Source: an uncultured Candidatus Rokubacteria bacterium (GTDB lineage: Bacteria; Methylomirabilota; Methylomirabilia; Rokubacteriales; CSP1-6). Taken from it: a DNA stretch of 64,000 nt. Below, in pieces: positions 52,603-63,454 of the stretch. The stretch is taken from positions 1 through 64,000 of the forward strand of contig CAWBMV010000020.1 of NCBI GenBank assembly GCA_963789955.1. Reading direction: 5' to 3'. The first letter of the stretch is position 1, and each line of letters begins with the position of its first letter. Position numbers and translations under genes: made by a program. The notes beneath the pieces were generated by a model, which saw only the letters and a program-made list of their open reading frames with translations, was not told the origin of the DNA and did not search any database.

Positions 52603-53154
52603 ATGAAGCGCATGAGACCGGCGGGGTACTTGCTCGCCGTCGTGCTCGGCCTCGCGGTCGCGGGTTGTGCGACCTCGTTCACCCCAGAGCGCGTGCGGAG
52701 CGAGATCGCGGCACAGACGGGCACGGACCCGCAGTACGTCTTCGAGATCCAGCTCGGGCGGGTGACGATGCGCATCATCCAGACTGCGCTCTCCGGCGGC
52801 GGGAGCTCCCTGCCGCTGGCCGGGCTCACGGGATTCGACCTCGCCTTCTACGACGTGCCCGCGCTCAGCCCTCAGGGTGCTTCGCTCGACTTCACCAAGA
52901 TGGCAATTCGAGGCTGGGAGCCCGTGGTCCGCGCGAGACAGCCAGGGTACTCCGTGCTCGTGCTCGTGCGCGAGGGTCGCGCGACCATCGATGACCTGGT
53001 CCTGCTCGGCGCAGGCGGCTCGAGTGCGATCTATGCGCGCCTTAGAGGGACCCTGAGCCCCGACCTGCCGCGCGCCCTCGGCGACGCCTTCCAGAGCCGG
53101 GGCCCCGAGGGTCTCCGGGACGAGCTGGTGGGGGAGCTCACCCGTCCGCGCTGA
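52603..53154 (+). CDS. Lipoprotein of unknown function
   Basis: Lipobox LAVAGC after a hydrophobic core. Confidence 0.7.
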   Translation: MKRMRPAGYLLAVVLGLAVAGCATSFTPERVRSEIAAQTGTDPQYVFEIQLGRVTMRIIQTALSGGGSSLPLAGLTGFDLAFYDVPALSPQGASLDFTKMAIRGWEPVVRARQPGYSVLVLVREGRATIDDLVLLGAGGSSAIYARLRGTLSPDLPRALGDAFQSRGPEGLRDELVGELTRPR

Positions 53155-53380
53155 ACAGCCCAGTGCGACGCCCAGTGGGCTCGATCCGCTCACCCCAACC
53201 CGAGGCCCTCGCCCTTGGGTGCGTTGGTCACGGGGGAGGAGCTCGCCACAGCACAGGAACGTGCGCCGGTTCATCATTCGATGACCTGATCCGCTCGCAG
53301 GAGCACCTGCCATGAGGGCGATGCCCGCAGGAGCGTGGCCACCGTTCAGCCTCTCGCCCACGCCCGCTGGCTAACGACAG

Positions 53381-53550
53381 CGAAGAGAACTAGACTCTGT
53401 CTGGGCTGAACAAGCCATGCAGCAGCTGGCGGTACCCCGGCTCGTCTTCGGTGGAGCGGTTGCCGCGCATTGCGGTAGGGCTTCGCGTGGCGTCCCGTTC
53501 GCGGGTCGTCCTGAGCCGCAGTCCACTGAAGCCGTGGCCGTCCAGCCTCC
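53381..53550 (-). repeat. ~170-bp dispersed repeat; inverted copy at 62331-62500
   Basis: Shared core GGCTCAGGACGACCCGCGAACGGGACGCCACGCGAAGCCCTACCGCAATGCGCGGCAAC. Confidence 0.85.
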
Positions 53551-53662
53551 CGTTAACCTCGGTCGGCTCCTCAAGATCGGTCTCGGGCCAACGCTCGGGG
53601 GACTTCTTGAGCCTTCCGCTGGAGCGGTGATTACGACTTTCTGCGAGAAGGAGGTGAACTGA

Positions 53663-53914
53663 ATGAAGAACCTGATGATGGCTCTCGCGATGGTGGGCTT
53701 GGTGGCGGGGCCGGCGTTCGCCAACCAGTGCCCCAGCCTGATCAAGCAGATCACGGACGCGACCACGGGCAAGACCGACCCCGCCTCCAAGAAGGCGGTG
53801 GCTCTGGCCAAAGAGGCCCAGGCACTGCACGACGCCGGCAAGCACGCCGACTCGGTCAAGAAGGCCCAAGAGGCTGCCGCGGCGATCAAGCTGCAGTTGA
53901 AGATGAAGGAGTAA
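53663..53914 (+). CDS. Small secreted helical protein
   Basis: AAGGAGGTG SD; signal peptide ending AFA; NQCP..HDAGKHADSV. Confidence 0.8.
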   Translation: MKNLMMALAMVGLVAGPAFANQCPSLIKQITDATTGKTDPASKKAVALAKEAQALHDAGKHADSVKKAQEAAAAIKLQLKMKE

Positions 53915-53924
53915 TGCTCGAACT

Positions 53925-53967
53925 TTCCCGGGGGTTAACCCGCCCCCGGGGAACTAAATTAATTTAA
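53925..53967 (+). terminator. Probable intrinsic terminator hairpin
   Basis: CCCGGGGG..CCCCCGGG stem followed by an AT-rich tract, just after the stop codon. Confidence 0.55.
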
Positions 53968-54091
53968 TCCGTGCTCCAGGAGGGCTCGCCGTCCTGTCGG
54001 AATAATGCGCCACCAGGGGGCGCGACGGTTGCGGTGCCGCGAGCGCCTCCCGCCTAAGTCGTCGCCGCTCTTTCTTCTTCATGCCAATGAT

Positions 54092-54355
54092 TCACTTCCC
54101 CTTCGGCCCACGCGGGTCCACGGTGTCGGGGAGGCATTGCCACCTGATGTCTGCGCTTTGTCCCTGCTTCAGCACGAGACCGGTTGCCTCAAACGCGGCC
54201 TTAATCTTTGGAGTCCAAGCGCCGACGATGTTCCCATTGACCGTGGGCGAAGCTCGAACCCACAGTACCCACGCGCACTCGGCGTGGATCGTTGCGGCCG
54301 AGGTGAGCAGGGAGAGGGTGAGGAGCAGGCCAGCGTGTCGTGCGAGTGATGTCAT
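54092..54355 (-). CDS. Secreted DTVDPRGPKGK-family protein
   Basis: LLLTLSLLTSAATIHAECAWVLW..WQCLPDTVDPRGPKGK. Confidence 0.72.
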   Translation of the reverse strand: MTSLARHAGLLLTLSLLTSAATIHAECAWVLWVRASPTVNGNIVGAWTPKIKAAFEATGLVLKQGQSADIRWQCLPDTVDPRGPKGK

Positions 54356-56175
54356 GGCTTCCCTTCTTCCACCTGCTCTATCTTCCTCTTCAGCGCGTCG
54401 AGATCCTGATCCTGGAATTCGAAGATCATTTCGTTGAACTCGCCCTGACGGTATTGATAGACGCCCAGACCTCAGGACCTGCAATTGGAAAGGATGGCGG
54501 AGGGTATGGTGCTCTCGGAATTTGATGGTCATGCTGCACCTCCTCGGATTCCGGAAAGAAGGATATCGCGCGATGGTGAGCTTCGCCTACTTGACCCGCT
54601 GGTTGGTCACCCCGTCTCCCCGGGCGAGCGAGGCCGATATAACCGGCCGATTCTTCTGACCACTCACTGATGGCATCCGGATTGAAGGGTCGGTCTCTTC
54701 GGCGTCGAATGCTCCCGACATTCTCCAACGCTTCACAGGAGGAACCATAGTGCCGGTAAGTCTGAGTTTCCTCAATCGGAGAACGATCAACAAACAAGTC
54801 TGCCGAGTCTGCCACGCGTTTGCCGAGTTGAAGACCGAACGACTGTGCGGTGATTGCACTCGAATCAAAGCGCAGGTCAGCTTGCGCTTCTCCGATGCCG
54901 TCCGCGGGACAATAGCGATTCCAGCAGAGCAGCAATGTAAACGTTCTGGCTGCCTATGCGCCGCGTGCGACGGGAGAACTCTTGATCTTCACCCGCTCTA
55001 CCTATTCGATCTTGCACGAGCAGACCGACGGGAGATCCACTTGCATCCTCGATGTCACGAGTTGTGGTTAGAGGCCGCGCGATTGGGCACCCGTCCGGCA
55101 CAAGCCATCGACATTGATCTGGGGTGACAAGTCCGATACAGCCAACGGGAGCCGTAGGGGAGCGGTCATCGTTTACCCGTCTCGGTCGCTCGCTTCACGC
55201 TGACGCGCTCGTGGGCACCCCATGTCCGTAGCTCGTGGGACTCGGGACGGCCAACTCTCTGGATGCGAACGCGTGCGTTCTTGCCGCCGCCAATCGTGTA
55301 AGGTCGCCCGACCACTTCCCACTCACCAGTCTCGTCGGCAATGCTGATCACCCATCTGGAGTTGCATGGGGAGGATGCGAGATGTCCCGGGCGGCGGGGG
55401 TGGCGGCATACCGGGGAGTTGAGGCTGGACGGGCTTGGCCTTCGCTTTCTTCCCGGGCCGTGGCTTAGCCACTCCCCCGGCGGCTGGCCGGCGAGGCAAA
55501 CGGGACTCCTAGTGACTCGCGATCCATTTGAATAGTCGGATGTTTGTGGAGGGGCGGCCACTGGGCCTCGACGTCGACCGGACGCCAACCAGGGCCGAGG
55601 AAGGCTCCCTTCCTTTTTAGGAGCGTACGAAACGGCGACGAGCCCCCTCCCTGCGCTCTAACTGAAACCTGCCCTTCGTCTCTGGCACATACTGCCGCAC
55701 CATCATTGGCGCGCACCGCGCGTGCCAGGTGATCTCGCACTTCTCGAACTTGGACGGGCTGCCGCAACAAATCGTGATGATCGGATCTTCCGGCGCGATA
55801 ACCAAGTTGCATTTGCGGCACTTCAACACCATTACCCCCATCACCTTCTTCGCCGCAGGCTCGCCGTCCGTTCGTCGGGCGATACGAGGACGGCTCCGAT
55901 GACCTGCGTGGACCGACGCGAGCGTAGCCGATACCTCGCAGCGGAACCAGGGTCGCGGACGCCAAATACACAACTCCGCACGCCAGGTCGCTGCACGTGA
56001 CACGTGGACCGAGGTGCTGTCTCTCCCGGGGGCGGTGGAGGAAACTTCCGAGAGCAGCCGCTATGTTATGCCCGCGAGCAGGACTTTTGTGCTTCCTACG
56101 CGCTCGCGGCCGTCCTGCCCGCGCGAGCCCGGGCGCGATGGTATAAGCTGCTTACTCCAAGGAAGGGCAAACGCC

Positions 56176-57129
56176 ATGTTTGAGAACCTCAAGCAGCTGG
56201 TGCAAGGACGTTCGAAGTCGGCCGTCCGGCGGCGCTTCGACGAGCGCCAGCCGTACAACCAGGACGATCCGAATCGGGTGCTACAGCTGTTGTTCTTGAA
56301 GCTCCTTATGGCGGTGGCGGCATCCGACGCTCAGGTCACGCCCGAAGAGCTCAATCTGCTGAAGGACTTCGCCTTCGAATATTCGTTGACGGAGCAGGAG
56401 TGGGCGGGGATCCAGTACTACGCCAGCGCGCATCTCTCGAAGGCCGAGCTCGACGAGCTGATCAAAACGGTCGCATCGGAGATACGCAGCCGCGCGGATC
56501 GAGAGCAGTTCGAAGGAGCCATCAGGGAAATGGTGGCGGCGGACGGCATCCTCGGCGATAGAGAACAGGAGATCGGGGACATCGTCCACGCCGACGTGCA
56601 GCGCGTGCACGCATCGAGGGCCGCCTACGTCTACAAGACCCTGCGAGTCGCTTGGCGCAACACGCTGTCGCTGCCCGGGGCTGTAGCGGCCCTGGAGGAG
56701 GAGGCGAAGGAGTACGGCCGCAATCCTGTTGCCGCGCTGCTGCGTCGTGAGGCCGGCACCTCGTCGGGTGGCGAGCTTGCCGGCGCGAAGGTCGGCCTGA
56801 TGCTGATGGTCATGCGGTCCGACGAGTCGATCGATCAACGAGAGACGGCGGCATTCACCGAATACGTCGCGCAGGAATGCCGGCTCGGCCCCGAGCCCGC
56901 CGCGCGCCTCGTCAAGAGCCTCTTCGAGATCCCGGAAGGGCTGCTGCAGCTCGCGTACTTAGCCCGGACGCTGGTCGATGGACTGAGCGCGCCGGAACGG
57001 CAGGACTATTTCGCGCGGCTAGTCACGATCGCCCGGGCCGACGGCGTCCAGGTCTTCGAAGAGCGCCACACCCTGGGCATCATCGCCAAATACCTGTACG
57101 TCACGCCCGAGAGGCGGTCGCAGCCATGA
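56176..57129 (+). CDS. TerB-like tandem-domain protein
   Basis: [54 protein letters not shown]. Confidence 0.8.
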   Translation: MFENLKQLVQGRSKSAVRRRFDERQPYNQDDPNRVLQLLFLKLLMAVAASDAQVTPEELNLLKDFAFEYSLTEQEWAGIQYYASAHLSKAELDELIKTVASEIRSRADREQFEGAIREMVAADGILGDREQEIGDIVHADVQRVHASRAAYVYKTLRVAWRNTLSLPGAVAALEEEAKEYGRNPVAALLRREAGTSSGGELAGAKVGLMLMVMRSDESIDQRETAAFTEYVAQECRLGPEPAARLVKSLFEIPEGLLQLAYLARTLVDGLSAPERQDYFARLVTIARADGVQVFEERHTLGIIAKYLYVTPERRSQP

Positions 57130-57184
57130 CGACTCCCGAGTCCGTCTACGACGTGGTGTGGCCGCTCGCCCCCTCCGCCGCGCC

Positions 57185-57344
57185 GCCATTTTGTAGACAG
57201 GACTCTCAAGGTGCCGAGCCCGCAGATTTGCCCGTCGAGCAGCCAACGAAGTTCGAGCTGGTGATCAATCTCAAGACCGCCAGGGCGCTCGGCCTGACGA
57301 TCCCGCAGTCGGTGCTGCTGCGGGCGGACCAGGTGATCCAGTAG
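57185..57344 (+). pseudogene. ABC SBP C-terminal remnant
   Basis: [44 protein letters not shown], then the first bases of ORF X. Confidence 0.8.
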
Positions 57345-57425
57345 CGCGTGCTCGTGCGGCGCGATGCTGGCGCGCGTCGTGGCGTTCAGCTAGACTCCCC
57401 GCCAGCCATCCCCACCGAGGTGCGC

Positions 57426-58406
57426 ATGCGGCTGATCGGGCTCGTGGTCGTTCTCGCCCTCAGCCTCACGCCTGCGCCGCTCGTCGCGGAGGCGCAGTTG
57501 GGGAAGGTTCCCCGCATAGGTATCCTGTGGGCCTATTCCCCGCCTGTCGTCTCGCCGTTCGCCGAGGCATTTCGGCAGGGCCTGCGCGGCCTGGGCTATG
57601 TGGAGGGACAGAACATCGTCCTGGAGGAGCGGTGGGCGGAAGGCAGGTTTGATCGCCTCCCTTCCCTCGCGGCCGAACTGGTCAGGCTCAATGTTGACAT
57701 CATCGTGACGGCGTCGACGCCAGCGGTTCAAGCTGCCCAGCAAGCAACCAGGACGATTCCCATCGTCATGACGCTCGTTGCCGATCCTGTGGAGAGCGGC
57801 ATCGTCGGCAGCCTCGCGCGACCTGGCGGGAACGTGACTGGGTTGAGTCTCATGCACCCGGAGGTCAGCGGGAAACGCTTGGCCCTGCTCAAGGAGGTCA
57901 TTCCCAAGCTCTCCCGGGTGGCTGTCTTCTCGAGTTCCTCCACGGCATCCTATCGAGTGGTGCTGCGCGAGACAGAGGCCGCGGCCCGAGCCCTGGGAAT
58001 GCAGCTTCAAGTCGTGGAAGTGCGCGGCCCTGCCGACCTCGACGGCGCATTCTCAGCTATTACCAGAGATCGTGTCGGTGCTCTCGTTGTGCTGCCGGAT
58101 CCAATGTTCCGAAATCAGCAAAGACGGGTCCTGGACCTCGCGGCGAAGAACCGGTTGCCGGCAATGTACTGGTCGAGGGACCTCGCAGAGGCGGGAGGCC
58201 TCATGGCGTACGGGGCGAACTTTCCTGACGTATGCCGGCAGGCCGCCGCCTTCGTGGACAAGATCCTGAAAGGCGCTAAGCCGGCCGAACTTCCGATCGA
58301 GCAGCCTGTGAAGTTCGAGCTGGTGATCAACTTGAGAACCGCGAAGGCGCTCGGACTGACGATTCCGCAGACACTGTTGCTACGGGCGGACCAGGTGATC
58401 GAGTAA
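57426..58406 (+). CDS. ABC transporter substrate-binding protein (ABC_sub_bind type)
   Basis: Family motifs, preceded by the conserved leader. Confidence 0.92.
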   Translation: MRLIGLVVVLALSLTPAPLVAEAQLGKVPRIGILWAYSPPVVSPFAEAFRQGLRGLGYVEGQNIVLEERWAEGRFDRLPSLAAELVRLNVDIIVTASTPAVQAAQQATRTIPIVMTLVADPVESGIVGSLARPGGNVTGLSLMHPEVSGKRLALLKEVIPKLSRVAVFSSSSTASYRVVLRETEAAARALGMQLQVVEVRGPADLDGAFSAITRDRVGALVVLPDPMFRNQQRRVLDLAAKNRLPAMYWSRDLAEAGGLMAYGANFPDVCRQAAAFVDKILKGAKPAELPIEQPVKFELVINLRTAKALGLTIPQTLLLRADQVIE

Positions 58407-58408
58407 CC

Positions 58409-59290
58409 ATGCTCGACCGACGCAGCCGGGGGCTTGTCACCGAACATCCGCGTGGCTGGGTACTTCGGCTTGCGCTTGGCTGGGTGCTTCTTGCTGCTCC
58501 GTCATCGGCCTGGGGGCAAGAGACTGCGTTCGGACAACTTCGAGGACCGAGCCTCTGGGATGATCTCAGCTATCTGGGTCACACCACCTGGGAAGATGCC
58601 AAGACGATAGCTCTCGCACCACTCGAAATCGGCAAGGTCCGGGAGGTGACGACTGAACAACTGATCATCGCCGCGCTCGTTGTCGGCAGTGTCGGCGGCA
58701 TGATCGGCCTTGATGGCAAGATTCGCGACGCGGCACAGGGCATCGATCATGGCGCGGCGCTCACGCTTGAGAACGTTGGGTTCGGCCTGTTGGGAGGGGG
58801 GATGGTCGCTCTCTACGGGACCGGCTGGTGGACGGACGACGAGCAGAAGCGACACGCCGCCCTGACCGGGCTCGAAAGTACTGCAGTAGCGTACGGTGTT
58901 GCCAACCTAATGAAGGTCACCTTCGGGCGGGAGCGGCCGGACTCGGGCCAGGGGCCTTTAGCGTGGTTTCAGGGTGGGAAATCCTTTATCTCCGGAGATG
59001 CGACCCCGGCCTTCGCGCTGGCCGAAGCCGTCGCAGCCGGGTTCGATCACAGATGGGAAGTGACCCTTCCGGCCTATCTTGCCGCTACCGCGGTTGGCGT
59101 AGGGCGCATCGGGTTGGATCGTCATTGGGCCTCGGACATTCTCGCGTCCGCATTCGTGGGGATCGGGACGACGGCGCTGTTCAACTACATCCATCGCCAT
59201 CGTGAGCGTGAGCAGGCCACTCCGCAGATAAGCATTTCCCCGGTGCTAGGGCCGCATGAGTACGGCCTCTGCGTCAATGTCGTGTATTGA
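58409..59290 (+). CDS. PAP2 (acid phosphatase/haloperoxidase) family protein; first codons derive from ORF X
   Basis: KVTFGRERP, SFISGDAT, GRIGLDRHWASDI; begins MLDRR like ORF X. Confidence 0.85.
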   Translation: MLDRRSRGLVTEHPRGWVLRLALGWVLLAAPSSAWGQETAFGQLRGPSLWDDLSYLGHTTWEDAKTIALAPLEIGKVREVTTEQLIIAALVVGSVGGMIGLDGKIRDAAQGIDHGAALTLENVGFGLLGGGMVALYGTGWWTDDEQKRHAALTGLESTAVAYGVANLMKVTFGRERPDSGQGPLAWFQGGKSFISGDATPAFALAEAVAAGFDHRWEVTLPAYLAATAVGVGRIGLDRHWASDILASAFVGIGTTALFNYIHRHREREQATPQISISPVLGPHEYGLCVNVVY

Positions 59291-59408
59291 GGGAACGCCG
59301 CGTTAGGGCTGGCTTCCACGAGTGGCCTTCGGCCCTGACTGACCAACGTGGCCAACTCTTGCGTGCGGCTGTCGGCTTCGCCGGGTGCTTCCTGCGATAG
59401 GATTCGAT

Positions 59409-59765
59409 TCAAGGGTTCTGTGGTTCGGCCGGAAACCACGGGCTCACCAGGTAGATCTCGAATGCCTGGATCCGACGGCTGGGCCGCCGAATGTAGCCTA
59501 CGATCCGAACGTACTCGTTCCCGCGAAATCCGTGGTAGTCGCTCTGGCGAATGCGGTGAAGGTCGATGGTGATGGCCGGGGTGCCGTTGGCCGGTGCCAG
59601 CGCCAACGTTTGGCTACCAAAGTCAACCCAAAGGACGCGCCCGTCGATGATCAGCGGCGGCTCTGGCACGGTCGGTGGCTGGGACGCCACGTCCGAGGCG
59701 AGGATGGCCAAGAGCAGGCCGACGATGACGACGCTCGACACACGCGCCCGATGGAAGTCGTTCAT
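59409..59765 (-). CDS. Secreted hypothetical protein
   Basis: Hydrophobic N-terminus; IDGRVLWVDFGSQTL. Confidence 0.55.
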   Translation of the reverse strand: MNDFHRARVSSVVIVGLLLAILASDVASQPPTVPEPPLIIDGRVLWVDFGSQTLALAPANGTPAITIDLHRIRQSDYHGFRGNEYVRIVGYIRRPSRRIQAFEIYLVSPWFPAEPQNP

Positions 59766-59887
59766 CGTCCCCACGCTCTCCCGGCGACAGCATTGCGAGG
59801 TTAGGCATTCCCGAGCCTGCTGCTGACGAAATCGTAGCCGATGGACTACCGTAACGGGGACGGATGGCAAATCCAGGCCATGACACC

Positions 59888-60157
59888 ATGCCCGCCTACG
59901 ACCGCGCGCTCCACGCACTGCGTTCCTGGCTCGACTCCTGGTCCGGCATCGGACACGTCGCCGTCGGCATGGCGCATCAGGGCTACGACCTCCAGCTGAC
60001 TCAGTACGACGATCGCGGCGGGCGCGCCACGTTTTACACGACCGGGATGGAGCACTCGCCGACGGGCGCGACGGGCACCGGCTGGGAACGCACGCCGTGG
60101 CACGCGACGCAGCGGGCGGCCCGGGAGGCCCTGAAGAAGGCCGCGGCTAACCCGTAG
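59888..60157 (+). repeat. Scaffold ORF X, 5'-truncated copy
   Basis: MPAYDRALHALRSWLDSW..ERTPWHATQRAAREALK. Confidence 0.85.
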
Positions 60158-60423
60158 TGGCAGGCAAGCAAGAGCTATACGCGATCTACAACCAACAACT
60201 TGACCTACTACTCTTGTCTCTCGACAAGCGGAAGCCGCTCGACGCCAGGATTGGCAGCGCAGCAAATACCCTGAATCTCGCGCTGCGAGAAGTTCGACGA
60301 GAAGTACCGTCCGCAGTGGCCGCCGGCATGTCCGACCTGTCGGAAGACAGCACCGTGACTGAACTCATCAGTCATGCCGCCACGCTGAAAGCTATCCTGT
60401 ACACGTATCTGTATGGGGGCTAG
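60157..60423 (+). CDS. Hypothetical protein
   Basis: Overlaps the ORF X stop; 8 nt from the next gene. Confidence 0.5.
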   Translation: MAGKQELYAIYNQQLDLLLLSLDKRKPLDARIGSAANTLNLALREVRREVPSAVAAGMSDLSEDSTVTELISHAATLKAILYTYLYGG

Positions 60424-60431
60424 AAACGACG

Positions 60432-61151
60432 ATGCCGGACGAACAGAACGAGATTCGATCTGAGATCTCCGATCTCCTCGACGCGATGCGACCCATCGCG
60501 CTGAGGCATCCCGACACACCGATTCGGCAAGCGTCGGATGTGTTCGAAAGCCTTCTCAAGCGCGCGAAGCGAGCGTTCCCGGAATCACGCGCGGTCGCCG
60601 ACATGACCAGCGGATTACTCGGAGGCGCTAGCCACACTTCGCTCGTGGCGAAACTCGTTGCCCTCAAGGCAGCAACGGGAGGTGGCATGGCCGTCGAAGT
60701 TCCGGCCATGAAGGTGACGCGCGAGGGTATCTTCTTCGCAGGGCAGTACTTTGATGCCTACCAGCGCATCACAGAGATCCTCGACGAGGCGGAATCGAGC
60801 GTGGTGCTTATCGACGGCTACGTCAGCCCAAAGATCCTTGATCTCTTGTCGGGCAAAGACGCTTCAGTCGCCTGTACGGTTCTGACGAAACAGGTCTCAG
60901 CTACTCCGGTTCTTCGCGTAGCCGTAGGGGCTTTCAACGGGCAGTACGGCGGCTTGGAAGTTCGAATCACCGAGGCATTCCACGATCGCTTCATCGTCAT
61001 CGACGACAAAGAGTTCTACCACTTTGGCGCGTCACTGAAAGATGCTGGCCACCGTGGCTTCATGTTCTCTCGGATAGAGGAGAACGCCGTTATCGGCCCG
61101 CTCAGGACGGCAATCCAGGCTGAGGTGGCTAGGGCACCGCGATTCAGTTAG
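60432..61151 (+). CDS. Protein with C-terminal PLD-like (HDRF) domain of the type found in ORF6N/RhuM proteins
   Basis: EGIFFAGQYFDAY, VVLIDGYV, FHDRFIVIDDKEFYHFGASLKDAG. Confidence 0.72.
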   Translation: MPDEQNEIRSEISDLLDAMRPIALRHPDTPIRQASDVFESLLKRAKRAFPESRAVADMTSGLLGGASHTSLVAKLVALKAATGGGMAVEVPAMKVTREGIFFAGQYFDAYQRITEILDEAESSVVLIDGYVSPKILDLLSGKDASVACTVLTKQVSATPVLRVAVGAFNGQYGGLEVRITEAFHDRFIVIDDKEFYHFGASLKDAGHRGFMFSRIEENAVIGPLRTAIQAEVARAPRFS

Positions 61152-61241
61152 ACTCCGGACCGCCATTCACGCGCGCGCGGGCCATCGAACCCGCGCCACC
61201 TACCTCGCGGCTACGATCCCGAGGCCTGTAAAATAACGACG

Positions 61242-61555
61242 GTGATCCGCCAGTACACTCCGATGGCCCCGACGCTCGTCCGCGCGCCCTTCCACCGCCC
61301 CGGCTGGATCTACGAGGAGAAGGTCGACGGGTACCGCATGCTGGCCTACAAGGACGGCGCCCGCGTCCGCCTGGTGAGCCGCAACGGCGTCGACCACACC
61401 CGCCGCTACCCGGACGTCGTGGCCGCATTCGCGCAGCTCAAGCCCTCGACGCTGGTCCTCGACGGCGAGCTCGCGGTGTTCGACGACCAGCTCCGGTCCC
61501 GGTTCGAGTGGCTTCGCGACCCGGACGAGTCCGTGGTCGCCACGCCGCCGCTGGC
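61242..61555 (+). pseudogene. ATP-dependent DNA ligase (LigC/LigD-like) N-terminal fragment
   Basis: PMAPTL, WIYEEKVDGYR (KxDG), LVSRNG, LVLDGEL; truncated after TPPL. Confidence 0.85.
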
Positions 61556-61595
61556 GGCGGACGATCAGCGTGGCGCCGTCGCGCGGGGCAGCGCG

Positions 61596-62138
61596 ATGAC
61601 GGAGGACCGGGCGGAGCACTGGGAACATCTCGCGCGTTCGCCAGTCGCATGGCTCATCAGCGCGGACAACATGAGGAGCTGCGCCGAACTCATCGGCCGG
61701 TGCTTCGTGGCCGATCTGATGTCTCCTCCAGCAGGGAAGATGACCAAGGATGTGGAGCCCATCTCCTTTGGCCCCATCTTCCAGATGCTCGCGGGATACA
61801 CGGTTGAAGCGCTCCTCAAGGGCATAATCGTTGCCCGGCAGCCCGGGTTTGTTGCCGGACGGCGGCGGCTGCCGAACTGGTTTACAACGCACAACCTTGA
61901 AGGTCTTCTGAGTCGAGCGGGAGTCCAACTTGACGACGCCGATCAGGCCTTCGTCCGGCGACTGGCCGTCAATGTCGTCTGGTCAGGTCGATACCCGGTG
62001 TCGACGAGCGCGGACGACATGGAACGCCATAAGTTCAGCTCTTCCGCCGATCTTGCTCGGTTCCGCCGCCTGTACGAGGAGCTAGTGCGCGTGCTCCAGA
62101 GGGAGATGCGGGCAGAAGGTCGTCCCGCCACACCATAA
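61596..62138 (+). CDS. HEPN-like hypothetical protein, in frame with the ligase fragment
   Basis: MLAGYTVEALLKG, THNLEGL, WSGRYP. Confidence 0.55.
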   Translation: MTEDRAEHWEHLARSPVAWLISADNMRSCAELIGRCFVADLMSPPAGKMTKDVEPISFGPIFQMLAGYTVEALLKGIIVARQPGFVAGRRRLPNWFTTHNLEGLLSRAGVQLDDADQAFVRRLAVNVVWSGRYPVSTSADDMERHKFSSSADLARFRRLYEELVRVLQREMRAEGRPATP

Positions 62139-62854
62139 CGGTAAGTTGAACACCGACGCCCGTCTCCGGCATCCCTGCCTCCGCACCAACCGCGTCCTGC
62201 GCGAAATCCTGCGCGAGCGATGGAGCGTGGAGGCGTGGCCGCAGGTTAAGGCCCAGTTCGTGAAGGCACTCGCGCTCAGGAGCGAGATCCGCCGCGCCGG
62301 GTGGTTCAACTAGCGATTAACGTCTTGAGGGGAGGCTGGACAACCACGACCTCAATGGACTACGGCTCAGGACGACCCGCGAACGGGACGCCACGCGAAG
62401 CCCTACCGCAATGCGCGGCAACTCCTCCATCGAAGACGAGCCGGGCTACTGCCAGCTAACTGCGTGGCTCGTCCAGCCCGGGCAGAGTCTAGCTCTCTTC
62501 GGGGTCATTCGCCAGCGGGCCTGGGCGACGGACTGGACGGCCACGCTCCTGCGGGGCATCGCCCACGTGGCAGGAGAGGCCGGTGTAGGAAGAGCCTCAT
62601 CAGATCCCCCCATTTCCGGAATGGCTCAGATTGTAATAGGAACTTTGGGTCCTAGATAGTGCTGGCGCGAGTCCGGGCGTTCGGCTAGACTCCCGAACGG
62701 TTCCGCGCCATGGCGGCTTGGTGCCATCGGGGCGGCCGCAGATCTGCAGCGGCTCAAATCACGAGCGGGGGCGGAGGTGAGGACAGAAGCGACAGCAGAT
62801 GGGGGAGGGATGCAACGGGGAGTAAGAACCCAATTCAACACGAAGGAGCCGCGT

Positions 62855-63454
62855 ATGTTCGGCAAAACAGGCCTAGGTGTCTTCATTCTTGCCGGAGTGC
62901 TCTTAGCGATTCCAGCCGCGCAGGTTATGGCCAGCGCAGGTCCCCAGGTGCAAGGGGTGTGGGCGTGCACTGTCGTCAGAGCCGGGACAATAGAACGGCC
63001 CATCATTTACACTTTCAACAGTGACGGAACCTTCAACTACTCCTCGGCCACAACGATCAACAGCACGACGCCTGGTCCGGTGCATAATTCCGGGTTCCAC
63101 AGCAGAGGTGGCGGACGTGGCGAGTGGACCAGGGTCAGTAACAACGTGTTTAACTATAAGGCTGTAGAGCTCATGTACGACGCGAATGGCAATGCCGCGG
63201 GCAGCTTCTCTGTCGACGCGACCATAGGGCTGACTTCCGCTGGTCAGCTCTGCAGCGGAAGAGCCGAATGTCCCGACCAAACGACCGCGATCAGCCTCGT
63301 CAAATATGTATTCGACCAAAACGATCCCGACGCAGACATCGTCGGCGTGAATTTCCTGTTGCCGCCGGGCACCCCGGCGAATACTCTGTGCAATCGCCTG
63401 AGCAGCGGTGCGGGTTTCCCGGGCCTGCCGACGATCCCCACGCCCGCGCCTTGA
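62855..63454 (+). CDS. Secreted beta-rich hypothetical protein
   Basis: AAGGAG SD; signal peptide; QGVWACTV..YTFNSDGT..GRGEW. Confidence 0.7.
   Translation: MFGKTGLGVFILAGVLLAIPAAQVMASAGPQVQGVWACTVVRAGTIERPIIYTFNSDGTFNYSSATTINSTTPGPVHNSGFHSRGGGRGEWTRVSNNVFNYKAVELMYDANGNAAGSFSVDATIGLTSAGQLCSGRAECPDQTTAISLVKYVFDQNDPDADIVGVNFLLPPGTPANTLCNRLSSGAGFPGLPTIPTPAP

Noticed and set aside
42804..58406. Complete ABC transporter operons
   Set aside because: No permease or ATPase genes lie next to any of the SBP genes.
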